Of a DNA stretch of 64,000 bases, positions 35,638 through 44,512 are shown one piece after another. The notes under the pieces are model-generated. The model saw nothing but the letters and a program-made list of their open reading frames with translations, did no database searches and had not been told where the DNA came from. The DNA lies in NCBI GenBank assembly GCA_031296115.1, contig JARLGI010000076.1:2806-66805 (forward strand), read 5' to 3'. How positions within the stretch are numbered: position 1 is the first letter of the stretch; the number at the start of each line of letters is the position of its first letter. A program made the position numbers and the translations under genes. Source of the stretch: Acidobacteriota bacterium. GTDB lineage: Bacteria > Acidobacteriota > Terriglobia > Terriglobales > Acidobacteriaceae.

Positions 35638-36987
35638 TTAACCCTGTAGCTGCGGTAACTCCGCCCGGCGCTCTCCCAGCCACCCATCCAATGCCTTCAA
35701 CGCCCGCTGACAAACCATGGCGTGGCGCTGCTTTTTATCGCGAGTCCGGCGGCGGGTCTCCTCGTCCAGCGCCAACAGAAGGTCGAAGGTAATATTCGCC
35801 GGCTGGAAATTCTTGGCGTCGGCGTGGCAAATGTAGTTCACCAGCGCGCCAAACGCGGTGGCGCGCGGCGGCGGAACAGGCTCAGCGCCCGCGGCTAACG
35901 CAGCAGCGAGCAGGCCTGCCAGCAGCCCGGTGGCAATGGACTCAACATATCCCTCGACTCCGGAAATCTGTCCGGCGAAAAGCACCTTCGGATGCTGCTT
36001 CATCTGCAGCGTTTCCGTCAGCAGCGTGGGCCCGTTGACGTAGGTGTTGCGATGGATTTGCCCGTAGCGCAAGAACTTCGCGTTCTCCAGGCCCGGGATG
36101 AGCCGCAGGATGCGCGCCTGCTCGCCGAACTTCAGGTGGTTCTGGAAGCCGACCAGGTTGTAGGAATCGGCGCGCAGGTTTTCCTGGCGCAACTGCACCA
36201 CCGCGTATGGCGTCTGGCCGGTGCGCGGATTGCGCAGGCCCACCGGCTTCATCGGCCCGAAGCGCAGGGTGTCACGGCCGCGCCGCGCTATCTCCTCGAT
36301 GGGCAGGCAGCTTTCGAAGTAATTCAGGTTCTCCCAGCCCTTGGCATCAACCGACTGCGCCTCGAGCAGCGCGTCGAGAAAGCGGTCGTACTCTTCGCGC
36401 GTCATGGGGCAGTTGATGTAGTCGGCCGTTCCCTTGTCGTAGCGCGCCGCCATGTACACCCGCGTCATGTCGATGGAATCGGCCTCGACGATGGGGCTGA
36501 TGGAATCATAGAAATACAGCTGCTCGCCGCCACCCAGGCGCAGGATCTCGCGCGACAGCGCATCGGAGGTAAGCGGGCCGGCGGCGATAATGGTGATCGG
36601 GCCCGCCTCGTCGATGGCGGTGACTTCTTCGCGCACGATGCGGATGAGCGGTTCGCGTTCGATGGCCGCTGTAACCGCCTCGGCAAACTTCTCGCGATCG
36701 ACGGCCAGCGCGTGACCGGCGGGAACCGCACTCTGCCGCGCAATCTCGATTAGCAGCGACCCCGCGCGGCGCATCTCTTCTTTCAGCAGCCACGGCGCGG
36801 TGTTCTCGCTATCGGACTTCAGCGAGTTGGAGCAAACCAGTTCGGCAAAATGCGCGGTCTGGTGCGCTGGCGTCGAACGCACCGGCCGCATCTCGAACAG
36901 CTCGACGGCAACGCCGCGGCGGACGCATTGCCACGCGGCCTCCGAGCCGGCCAGTCCGGCGCCAATGATGCGAATGGGGGTTGTCAT
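35638..36987 (-). CDS. trmFO: methylenetetrahydrofolate--tRNA-(uracil54-C5)-methyltransferase
   Basis: ORF 35638..37083; ATG at 36987: MTTPIRIIGAGLAGSEAAWQ..FAELVCSNSLKSD..FAGQISGVEGYVES... Confidence 0.93.
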   Translation of the reverse strand: MTTPIRIIGAGLAGSEAAWQCVRRGVAVELFEMRPVRSTPAHQTAHFAELVCSNSLKSDSENTAPWLLKEEMRRAGSLLIEIARQSAVPAGHALAVDREKFAEAVTAAIEREPLIRIVREEVTAIDEAGPITIIAAGPLTSDALSREILRLGGGEQLYFYDSISPIVEADSIDMTRVYMAARYDKGTADYINCPMTREEYDRFLDALLEAQSVDAKGWENLNYFESCLPIEEIARRGRDTLRFGPMKPVGLRNPRTGQTPYAVVQLRQENLRADSYNLVGFQNHLKFGEQARILRLIPGLENAKFLRYGQIHRNTYVNGPTLLTETLQMKQHPKVLFAGQISGVEGYVESIATGLLAGLLAAALAAGAEPVPPPRATAFGALVNYICHADAKNFQPANITFDLLLALDEETRRRTRDKKQRHAMVCQRALKALDGWLGERRAELPQLQG

Positions 36988-37102
36988 GAAAGGCGAGGTT
37001 TGCGGTTCGTGTCCATTATAGGGTGGAAAGAGCGACCCCATTAGCAGGCACGACGGCCAGACCCATATCGAAGTATCATGCAAGAGGAGGCGAACGAAAC
37101 TA

Positions 37103-37630
37103 ATGGCACGTGTGTCGAATGTCGAGATGGCGCAAGCTGGGCCTGAGGTGCGCGAAGTTTACGAAAAAACGCTGAAAGGCAAGCCGCTCGGCTTCCACAA
37201 ACTGCTGGGGCACCAGCCCGAGGTTCTTAAGACCCTGCTGCCCTTTTACGCCAGCGTGGGACGCTCGCTCGATCGCCGCCTCTACGAGATGGTCTACATC
37301 CGCATCTCGATGATTAACGGCTGCCACTACTGCCTGCAGCATCACCTGGCTGCGTCCAAGCGCGTGGGGGTTAGCCGCGATGACTGGCAGAACCTGAAGG
37401 GCGGCCAGCACGGCAACTTCAGCGAGGAGGAAGAAGCTGCGCTCGACTTCGCCGAGAAGCTCACCCGCGACCCCCACTCGGTCGCCGAGGCCGACATCCA
37501 GAGCCTGAAACTCCACTTCTCCGATCCCGAGATTGTCGACCTCGACCTGCTGGTCGGCTTGGCCAACGTAACCAACCGCTTCACCGACCCGCTGGGCGCG
37601 GACCTGGAGTTCCCTGAAGAGAAGCTCTGA
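37103..37630 (+). CDS. carboxymuconolactone decarboxylase / AhpD-like family protein (CxxC)
   Basis: GAGGAGG ribosome-binding site. ..YIRISMINGCHYCLQHHL... Confidence 0.88.
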   Translation: MARVSNVEMAQAGPEVREVYEKTLKGKPLGFHKLLGHQPEVLKTLLPFYASVGRSLDRRLYEMVYIRISMINGCHYCLQHHLAASKRVGVSRDDWQNLKGGQHGNFSEEEEAALDFAEKLTRDPHSVAEADIQSLKLHFSDPEIVDLDLLVGLANVTNRFTDPLGADLEFPEEKL

Positions 37631-37717
37631 GGCAAGCAGGCGGTGTTTGCCAGTTGGGCCGCCGAGTGACAAGATCCGGGGGCCAAGTATGCCCACCCGC
37701 TTGCAGCCTCGCACAAT

Positions 37718-37893
37718 CAGCCCGAAGGGCGGCTCAGGATAGTCCAGCGCGCAGCGCTGAGTAGGCTGCGGAAAACCCCAGCCCCGGCAGGGGCGGTTTC
37801 ATCCAAAGACAACTCTCACACCGAGGGACCTGCCTTTAGCGCCTTATGCGAAAAGCAGATTCCTCCCGCCAAACGCGGGCGCTCGTAATGACA
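37718..37893. repeat. array of short GC-rich hairpins (dispersed repeat family)
   Basis: GCCCgaaGGGC, CAGCGCgcaGCGCTG, CCCCggcaGGGG, CCCGCcaaaGCGGG..CTCGTAATGACA in tandem. No ORF. Confidence 0.45.
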
Positions 37894-37941
37894 ATCCTCC
37901 GTAACGGCAATCCGATAGGTCCGCGCTGAAAGCCACTTGGC

Positions 37942-39846
37942 TCACAGGATGACGCGCTCATCCCCCACGCGCCGGGTCACACGCTCGCGGTCGAGGTACT
38001 CCAGCAGCGGGATCGCGTACTTGCGAGACACGCCCATGAGGTCCTTGAAACTGCCCACGTTGAGCCTCGGCGTCGCGTTCTTCTGCGCGATGACCTGCTT
38101 GCGCAGCGCCTCCAGCGCATCGCGGTGAAAAACCAGGTCGTCCGCCAGCTTCACCAGCACCCGGTCGCGCATCAACAGGGTCACGATCTTCTGCGCCCGG
38201 ACCTTGTCCACCGGCAGCGCAGCCAGTACTTCCTTCAGCAGCGGAACCTTCAGGCCGGCGCGCGCAAAGGCCTGCTCGATCTGGGCTTTCGACTCCGCTT
38301 CCTCGTCGCGCAGCACCACACCGCGACCGGCAGCATGCACCTGTTCGCCGCTGACTTGCAGCTTCTTCTCGCGCAACAGCGATTCAAGGACGCCCCGGAA
38401 GACATCCCCACGAAGATCGAGCGTTTCGCGCAGTTGCTCCTGGCCGATGCCTGCGACCAGCGGGTTGGCCTTGTGAAATGCCTCGACGGCAGCAGACATC
38501 TGGACTCTCAGCCGATCGAGGACTTCACTGGCCACCCACTGTTCGTCAAACTTCGACAGCTTGCCGGAGCCGCCCAGGGCGTCAGTGAGCTTGGCGATGC
38601 GCGGGGGCAGCCATCCGGTTTCAGCCACGATCTCGGCGACGGACAGTCCGCTGGCGCCTCGGCGCGCAACGCGCGCCAGCAAAGCCTCCTCGTCCGTGCC
38701 CTTCGCCAGAACTTGCAGGAAGACGAGCCGCTCCTCACTCTTCACCCGCTTTGGAACGTCGGCCGCGTCGAGGACCCTGCCGCCGCCGATGGTGACCACC
38801 GGGGAAAACTGGCGGATGATGAAGCGGTCGCCGGGCAACAACAGTAGCGGGTTGTCGAGCTTCAGACGCGCTAATCCGCGCTCGCCGGGACGAAGCAACT
38901 TCGCTCCCAGCAGGCTGATTTCCGCGATGGTCTCGGCGGTAAACACATGCAGGTGAACCCGGGCGCGGTCGCGCAACGGACGCGCCGAGGGCAGCAGATC
39001 GAGTTGCACGCTGACCTGCGTCGCGGGCCGGAACATCTGCGGCGGTGTGAGCATCATGCCGCGAGCCAGCTCGGCGGTCTCGACGCCCGGGAGATTGAGA
39101 GCGGTGCGCTGACCGGCAACGGCCTGCTCTGCCGGATGGCCGTGGACTTGAACGCCGCGCACTCGCAGGCGCTCACCCGTGGGCTGTACTTCGACGTCCT
39201 GCTCTTTGCGCACCGTGCCCGAAATCAGCGTGCCGGTGACGACCGTGCCGAAACCCTTCATAGTGAAGACTCGGTCGATGGGCAGGCGGAAAGCGGCGCC
39301 CGGACCTTTGGCGGGAACTTCCGCGGCCAGGCGCGTCAACTCACTCTTAAGCCGGTCGAGCCCCGCACCGGTCTTCGAACTGACGGCGATGATCGGCGAA
39401 TTGGCCGGGTCGAGAAACGAGCCGCGCAGATACTCGGCGACCTCCAAGGTCACCACTTCGAGGGTCTCGGGATCGACGAGATCGGACTTGGTCAGCAGGG
39501 TAATGCCACGCTGCACGGTGAGCAGCCGGCAGATGTCAAAGTGCTCACGCGTCTGCGGCTTGATGGATTCGTCAGCCGCAACGACCAGCAGCACGAGATC
39601 GATGCCTCCGATGCCGGCCAGCATGTTGCGCACGAAGCGCTCGTGGCCGGGCACATCCACGAAGCCGATGCGGACCGGTTCGCCATTGGGCGCCGCCAGG
39701 TCGAGGTTGGCGAAGCCGATGTCGATGGTGATGCCGCGCCGCTTTTCTTCTTCCAGCCGGTCGGGGTCAATGCCGGTCAGCGCATGCACCAGGGCGCTCT
39801 TGCCGTGGTCAATATGGCCCGCCGTACCGACGATGACCGACTTCAT
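37942..39846 (-). CDS. selB: selenocysteine-specific translation elongation factor
   Basis: [58 protein letters not shown].., plus a long C-terminal winged-helix region. 634 aa. Confidence 0.93.
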   Translation of the reverse strand: MKSVIVGTAGHIDHGKSALVHALTGIDPDRLEEEKRRGITIDIGFANLDLAAPNGEPVRIGFVDVPGHERFVRNMLAGIGGIDLVLLVVAADESIKPQTREHFDICRLLTVQRGITLLTKSDLVDPETLEVVTLEVAEYLRGSFLDPANSPIIAVSSKTGAGLDRLKSELTRLAAEVPAKGPGAAFRLPIDRVFTMKGFGTVVTGTLISGTVRKEQDVEVQPTGERLRVRGVQVHGHPAEQAVAGQRTALNLPGVETAELARGMMLTPPQMFRPATQVSVQLDLLPSARPLRDRARVHLHVFTAETIAEISLLGAKLLRPGERGLARLKLDNPLLLLPGDRFIIRQFSPVVTIGGGRVLDAADVPKRVKSEERLVFLQVLAKGTDEEALLARVARRGASGLSVAEIVAETGWLPPRIAKLTDALGGSGKLSKFDEQWVASEVLDRLRVQMSAAVEAFHKANPLVAGIGQEQLRETLDLRGDVFRGVLESLLREKKLQVSGEQVHAAGRGVVLRDEEAESKAQIEQAFARAGLKVPLLKEVLAALPVDKVRAQKIVTLLMRDRVLVKLADDLVFHRDALEALRKQVIAQKNATPRLNVGSFKDLMGVSRKYAIPLLEYLDRERVTRRVGDERVIL

Positions 39847-40053
39847 GCTCCCAGTGTACCCCGCAGCTTGTGGAACTTAGGAGCATCCGCGAGTGAATCG
39901 CATAATGGGCTGCCCTGTGCGAAAATAGTAGGTGAAACTTGCTCCCAGCTGCCGGGTTTACTACGGTTGCTCCATCACCTGGAAGTAGTGTGCTTCCGAA
40001 GGGGTTGAGCGGCGTCTAAGTGGTTAGGCTCAAGGCGTGCTTGCTCCAAACGG

Positions 40054-41148
40054 ATGGCATCAATCCTCATTCCGCCCGACCGACCGACCCCGATTCCTCC
40101 CCAGGAGGACGGCCAGCTTGCCCTGTGGGATGCCGCTGAATTAGGCGACACCGATCTCACGCCGCACCTTCTCATCCAGCTGCAGGACGACCTGGAACGC
40201 TCGCGTCTGCGCGAGGCGTTCTGGCTCTCGGTCATCGTGCACATGGCGATCGTGATCTTCCTGGTCATGACCCCCAAGCTGTTTCCCGGCGTGAAAGGCG
40301 TGGTGCTGCTCTCGCCGGAAGACATCATGCGCAACCAGCAGCTCACCTATCTGGACCTGCCGCCTGACCTGCAGAAGACGCCCAAGGTCGCGCCTGACGC
40401 CAAGGTGCTGTCGGACAAGAACCGCATTGCCGAGAGCCGTCATCCTACGCTGGACCAGAAGACGCTGGAAGAGTTGAGGCGCGCGGGCCCGCCGGCGCCC
40501 GTTGCTCCTCCGGCCGAGCAGGCGCAGATGTCGCCGCCGACGCCGCAAGGCGGGCCGTCGGCCCAGCAGCCGAACCAGAACCAGCAGGCACAACTGCAGC
40601 CGCCGCAGATGGACCCCAAGCTGCCGATGCCTTCGCAGGGCGGCAGCAACAAGTCGCCGGTCAACTTTGCTGACCTGATGAAGTCGCCCGGCGATCTCAC
40701 GGCGCAGGCCGCACGTGCCGTGGCTGCTCGCCGCGGTGGCGGTACTTATGGTGGCGGCGACTATGGCATGGGACCGGGCGGGACCAACGCTCGCGTGCAG
40801 GGCAATCTCGAGGTTTTGAGCGACACCGAGGGTGTTGACTTCGGCCCGTACCTGTCGCGCGTGCTGCAGGCCGTCCGCATGAACTGGTACAACCTGATTC
40901 CGGAAGAGGCGCGCGCCCCGCTGATGAAGAAGGGCAAGGTCTCGATCGAGTTCGCCATCCTGAAAGATGGCAGGATCGCGGGGATGAAAATCATGGGCCC
41001 TTCCGGCGACGTTTCGCTGGACCGCGCGGCTTGGGGCGGCATCACAGCATCCGTTCCCTTCGCACCCTTGCCGAACGAGTTCCACGGGCCTTATCTCGCG
41101 CTGCGCTTCCATTTCTACTACAACCCCGCCCGGGGCGATATCGAGTAG
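40054..41148 (+). CDS. TonB-family energy transducer
   Basis: TM helix AFWLSVIVHMAIVIFLVM, a P/Q-rich spacer, and a C-terminal TonB-like domain ..KGKVSIEFAILKDGRIAGMKIMGPSGDVSLDRAAWGGI... Confidence 0.8.
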   Translation: MASILIPPDRPTPIPPQEDGQLALWDAAELGDTDLTPHLLIQLQDDLERSRLREAFWLSVIVHMAIVIFLVMTPKLFPGVKGVVLLSPEDIMRNQQLTYLDLPPDLQKTPKVAPDAKVLSDKNRIAESRHPTLDQKTLEELRRAGPPAPVAPPAEQAQMSPPTPQGGPSAQQPNQNQQAQLQPPQMDPKLPMPSQGGSNKSPVNFADLMKSPGDLTAQAARAVAARRGGGTYGGGDYGMGPGGTNARVQGNLEVLSDTEGVDFGPYLSRVLQAVRMNWYNLIPEEARAPLMKKGKVSIEFAILKDGRIAGMKIMGPSGDVSLDRAAWGGITASVPFAPLPNEFHGPYLALRFHFYYNPARGDIE

Positions 41149-41172
41149 CAGCGGCGCGTAGAATGGGCGTGA

Positions 41173-41349
41173 ATGCCCACTCTTCCTCCTGCCAGCGATC
41201 TTCGTTCGGATGAGCGCGAACTGGCGCTTGCTGCGCGACAGCGGTCGCGCGAACGCAGCAAGCTGATTGGGCTCATCGCAATTGCGCTGTTCATTCTCGC
41301 CCTGGCGTATCTGCGCTTCGGCAAGACCATTCCCTGGGGAGCGCGCTGA
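41173..41349 (+). CDS. small (58 aa) single-TM hypothetical protein
   Basis: Not in the ORF track (under 60 aa). Own translation: MPTLPPASDLRSDERELALAARQRSRERSKLIGLIAIALFILALAYLRFGKTIPWGAR*. It fills the TonB-miaA gap. Confidence 0.35.
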   Translation: MPTLPPASDLRSDERELALAARQRSRERSKLIGLIAIALFILALAYLRFGKTIPWGAR

Positions 41350-41354
41350 CTGCA

Positions 41355-42320
41355 ATGCATGCCGCCCAGCCAGCCGATTCGCTGCTGGTCGTCATTCTCG
41401 GGCCGACGGCGTCGGGCAAGTCGGCGCTCGCCATCAGCCTGGCGCAAACGTTTCGGGGTGAGATCGTTAGTTGCGACTCGGTTGCACTCTATCGCCACTT
41501 CGAAATTGGCACGGCCAAGCCGGCGGGCAAGCAACGCGCGTTGGCTCCGCATCATCTGCTCGACATTGCGGAGCCGGACCAGCCAATTACTGCCGGCGAG
41601 TACGCAAGGCAAGCGCGAGCGGTAGTTCGCGACATCGCGGCGCGCGGGAAACTGCCGATCGTGGTCGGCGGGACCGGACTTTATCTGCGGGCGTTGCTCG
41701 AAGGTCTTTTTCCCGGCCCGCAGCGTTCGGAAGAGCTGCGAACGCGATTGCGCGAGCGTGTCGCGGAGCGAGGTTCGGTGCACTTGCACAGGATATTGGC
41801 ACGACTTGACCCCGCTGCGGCCGTGAAGATCCACGCCAACGACGCGCCCAAGCTCATCCGTGCCATCGAGGTCTGCATGGCATCACGCGAGCCCATGAGC
41901 GAGTTGTGGCAGCAACGTGGACGCGATCCTCTGACCGGATTTTGTGTGCTGCGAATCGGACTGAACCCGCCACGCAAACACCTCTACGCCCGCATTAACC
42001 AGCGCGCACAACAGATGTTCGAGAGCGGCCTGATTGACGAAACTCGGGCGCTGCTGGAACGCTACAGCGGGCAGAAGAACGTCACCGCGCTGGACTCGCT
42101 TGGCTACAAGCAGGCGGCACATTTTCTGCGCGGCGAGTTGACGCGCGAGCAGGCAGTCGCGGCCGCGCAACAGGGCCAACGCAACTACGCCAAGCGGCAG
42201 ATGACATGGTTCCGGCGTGAGCCGGACGTGGCGTGGCTGGAGGGCTTCGGCGACGACGCTCCGATTGCCGCGAACGCTACCGAGCTGGTTTCCACAAACT
42301 ATGACCGCTGCGGCAATTGA
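41355..42320 (+). CDS. miaA: tRNA dimethylallyltransferase
   Basis: ..LLVVILGPTASGKSALAI..IVSCDSVALYRHFEIGTAKP..HHLLD..PIVVGGTGLYLRALLEG... Confidence 0.93.
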   Translation: MHAAQPADSLLVVILGPTASGKSALAISLAQTFRGEIVSCDSVALYRHFEIGTAKPAGKQRALAPHHLLDIAEPDQPITAGEYARQARAVVRDIAARGKLPIVVGGTGLYLRALLEGLFPGPQRSEELRTRLRERVAERGSVHLHRILARLDPAAAVKIHANDAPKLIRAIEVCMASREPMSELWQQRGRDPLTGFCVLRIGLNPPRKHLYARINQRAQQMFESGLIDETRALLERYSGQKNVTALDSLGYKQAAHFLRGELTREQAVAAAQQGQRNYAKRQMTWFRREPDVAWLEGFGDDAPIAANATELVSTNYDRCGN

Positions 42321-42367
42321 CATCCGCCCACTCCTCTGGAAATATCGCTGGTAAGCGATTGTGGGGT

Positions 42368-42512
42368 GTATCAGGGCGCGACTTTAGTCGTGCCGAAAAA
42401 GACACAGCTAGGATCCAGGGCTTCAGCCCCTGCGCTCGAAGCGTCTATCAGGGCTAAAGCCGGAAAATTTGGATCGCCGGTTTCCGGCATGACTAAAGTC
42501 ATGCCCTGATAC
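42368..42512. repeat. 145-bp element bounded by inverted repeats (MITE/REP-like)
   Basis: GTATCAGGGCGCGACTTTAGTCGTGCC (42368-42394) versus the reverse complement of 42486-42512, 24/27 match. Each arm is a hairpin. Interior has GGCTTCAGCC (42419) then GGCTAAAGCC (42452), the same order as in the 16735 element. Confidence 0.6.
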
Positions 42513-42616
42513 AAAACCCGACACACGATGGTGTGGTTTAGTGCGATCGCGTCTCGAGTTGCGGACGCGGCCCGGATTGAGTCCTCCGGTCGCAGGCATA
42601 GGAAAGGCACTGCACG

Positions 42617-43627
42617 TTGGTAGGCATTCGCACGCACGACTTGCGCAAGGTGTACAACTCCGCTCCGCCCTTCGGAGCCGGCGGAGGCAGCCCGCCGGCG
42701 CAGCGCGGCAAGCAGAAGAAGCCTAAGCCCGAGATCGTTGCCTTGGACGGCCTGTCGCTGGAGGTCGCAGCCGGCGAGGTCTTCGGACTGCTTGGTCCCA
42801 ACGGTGCGGGCAAGTCCACCACCGTTGGCATCCTGACCACGCGGGTGCAGCCTACCGGCGGCCAGGCCTGGATTGGCGAGCACGACGTGTGGAAGCAGCA
42901 GGTGCCGGTGAAGCGGGTCATCGGCGTGGTGGCGCAGCGCCCCAACCTCGACTTCTCGCTGACCGCGCGCGAGATACTGGCTTTTCACGGCGCGTATTTT
43001 GGGCTCGACTCGCACGAGCGAACGAAGCGTGCGGACGCGTTGCTGGAGCGTTTCAAGCTGACCGACCGCGCCGACCAGATGGTGCGCGGCTTCTCCGGCG
43101 GCATGATGCAGCGGCTCTCCATCGCGCGCGCCATGATGCACGATCCGCAGGTCCTGTTCCTCGACGAGCCCAGTGCCGGCCTCGACCCGCAAACGCGCCT
43201 GCTGTTGTGGGAGATCATCCGCGAGTACAACCACAGCGGCAAAACCATTCTGCTAACCACGCACAACATGGAGGAGGCGGACGCGCTCTCGCACCGGCTG
43301 GCTATCATTGACCACGGCCGCATGATTGCGCTCGGCACACCCGGCGACCTGAAGGCGTCGGTGCCGGGCGGCTATCTGCTGCGCCTGCGCTTCGGCACTA
43401 ATTCACCGGAACTGCTGGAGAAACTCCGTTCTCTTGCCGGCGTACGCGAGGTGCGGCCGGTCGAGCCCAACGGCGCCGACGTGTACGCCGATCGCGGCGG
43501 GTCGCTGATACCCGAGGTCGCCACTTTCGCCGCAAGTTCCGGTGCCGAGCTGCACGACGTGAATATCTCCGAGCCCAGCCTGGAGAACCTGTTCCTACAC
43601 CACACGGGAAGGAGCCTGCGGGAATGA
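42617..43627 (+). CDS. ABC transporter ATP-binding protein (ABC-2/DrrA-like)
   Basis: TTG start. GLLGPNGAGKSTT (Walker A), FSGGMMQRLSIARA (signature), VLFLDEPSAGLD (Walker B). Confidence 0.92.
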   Translation: MVGIRTHDLRKVYNSAPPFGAGGGSPPAQRGKQKKPKPEIVALDGLSLEVAAGEVFGLLGPNGAGKSTTVGILTTRVQPTGGQAWIGEHDVWKQQVPVKRVIGVVAQRPNLDFSLTAREILAFHGAYFGLDSHERTKRADALLERFKLTDRADQMVRGFSGGMMQRLSIARAMMHDPQVLFLDEPSAGLDPQTRLLLWEIIREYNHSGKTILLTTHNMEEADALSHRLAIIDHGRMIALGTPGDLKASVPGGYLLRLRFGTNSPELLEKLRSLAGVREVRPVEPNGADVYADRGGSLIPEVATFAASSGAELHDVNISEPSLENLFLHHTGRSLRE

Positions 43628-44391
43628 ATGGACGGGCCTTTCTCGCCATGCTGGCGCGCGATGCGCACGTGGCGCGGCGCAACGTGGTGGTGCTGCTGTT
43701 CCAGACGTTCCTACAGCCGCTGCTGTTCGTGTTCATCTTCGGCCGGGTGATGGTGCGCAGCGGTTACATGCCTGCGTCCTACAAGAGCCTGCTACTGCCC
43801 GGCATCATGGCCATCAGCATGGTGTTCACCGGGATCTGGGCGGTGGCCATGCCACTCATCTCCGAGTTCCAGTTCACCCGCGAAATCGAAGACCGCCTGC
43901 TGGCCCCGATCGAGATCGGCTGGGTCGCGATGGAAAAGGTGCTGGCCGGGACAATCCAGGCACTGCTCTCCGGCCTGGTGGTGATACCGGCGGCGTGGCT
44001 CATCCTGCGTCCGGTTGCGCTGGACTTCAGCCGGCCGCTGCTCTTCCTCGCCGTCACCGTGCTGGTGGCCCTGTTCGCTGCCGCGGGCGGACTGGCTCTG
44101 GGCTGCACCGTCAACCAGACACACATCGGGCTGATGTTCAGCCTGGTGCTTACGCCCATGATCTTCTTCGGCTGCACCTACTATCCCTGGAGCGCGCTCG
44201 ACAGCTTCCCCATCCTGCAGAAGGCCGTGCTCATCAACCCGCTGGTCTACGCCAGCGAAGGACTGCGCGCCACGCTGGTCCCGCAGTTTCCTCATCTGTC
44301 GCTGATAGCGGTGCTGATCGTGCTCACATTGTTCGACGCGCTGATGCTGGTGCTGGGCCTGCGGCAGTTTCGCGGAAAGGCCGTCAGTTGA
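43624..44391 (+). CDS. ABC-2 type transporter permease
   Basis: ATGA overlap with the ATPase gene. Six hydrophobic helices. Confidence 0.85.
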   Translation: MNGRAFLAMLARDAHVARRNVVVLLFQTFLQPLLFVFIFGRVMVRSGYMPASYKSLLLPGIMAISMVFTGIWAVAMPLISEFQFTREIEDRLLAPIEIGWVAMEKVLAGTIQALLSGLVVIPAAWLILRPVALDFSRPLLFLAVTVLVALFAAAGGLALGCTVNQTHIGLMFSLVLTPMIFFGCTYYPWSALDSFPILQKAVLINPLVYASEGLRATLVPQFPHLSLIAVLIVLTLFDALMLVLGLRQFRGKAVS

Positions 44392-44512
44392 GCGCTTGCG
44401 CAGTGGACCGCGGCAATCGCATGGCAGAGCCATCGCGCCTGGCTGCTCATAGTAACCCACAAGCCACTTGCCAAACCTCGTCCACCGGAGATACTCAACT
44501 CTGTTGCCTTTC

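Noticed and set aside
38947-40008. 353-aa plus-strand ORF, and the 240-aa ORF at 38125..38847
   Set aside because: Both are antisense to selB.
37631-40053. tRNA-Sec (selC) next to selB
   Set aside because: No T-arm/T-loop consensus or long variable arm candidate was found by eye in either flanking intergenic region. This was not checked with tRNAscan.
40141-41355. 404-aa minus-strand ORF
   Set aside because: It is antisense to the TonB-family gene and the small TM ORF. It is R/Q/L-rich and has no motifs.
42371-43234. 287-aa minus-strand ORF
   Set aside because: It starts inside the 145-bp repeat element and runs antisense to the ABC ATPase gene, which has Walker A/B and signature motifs.
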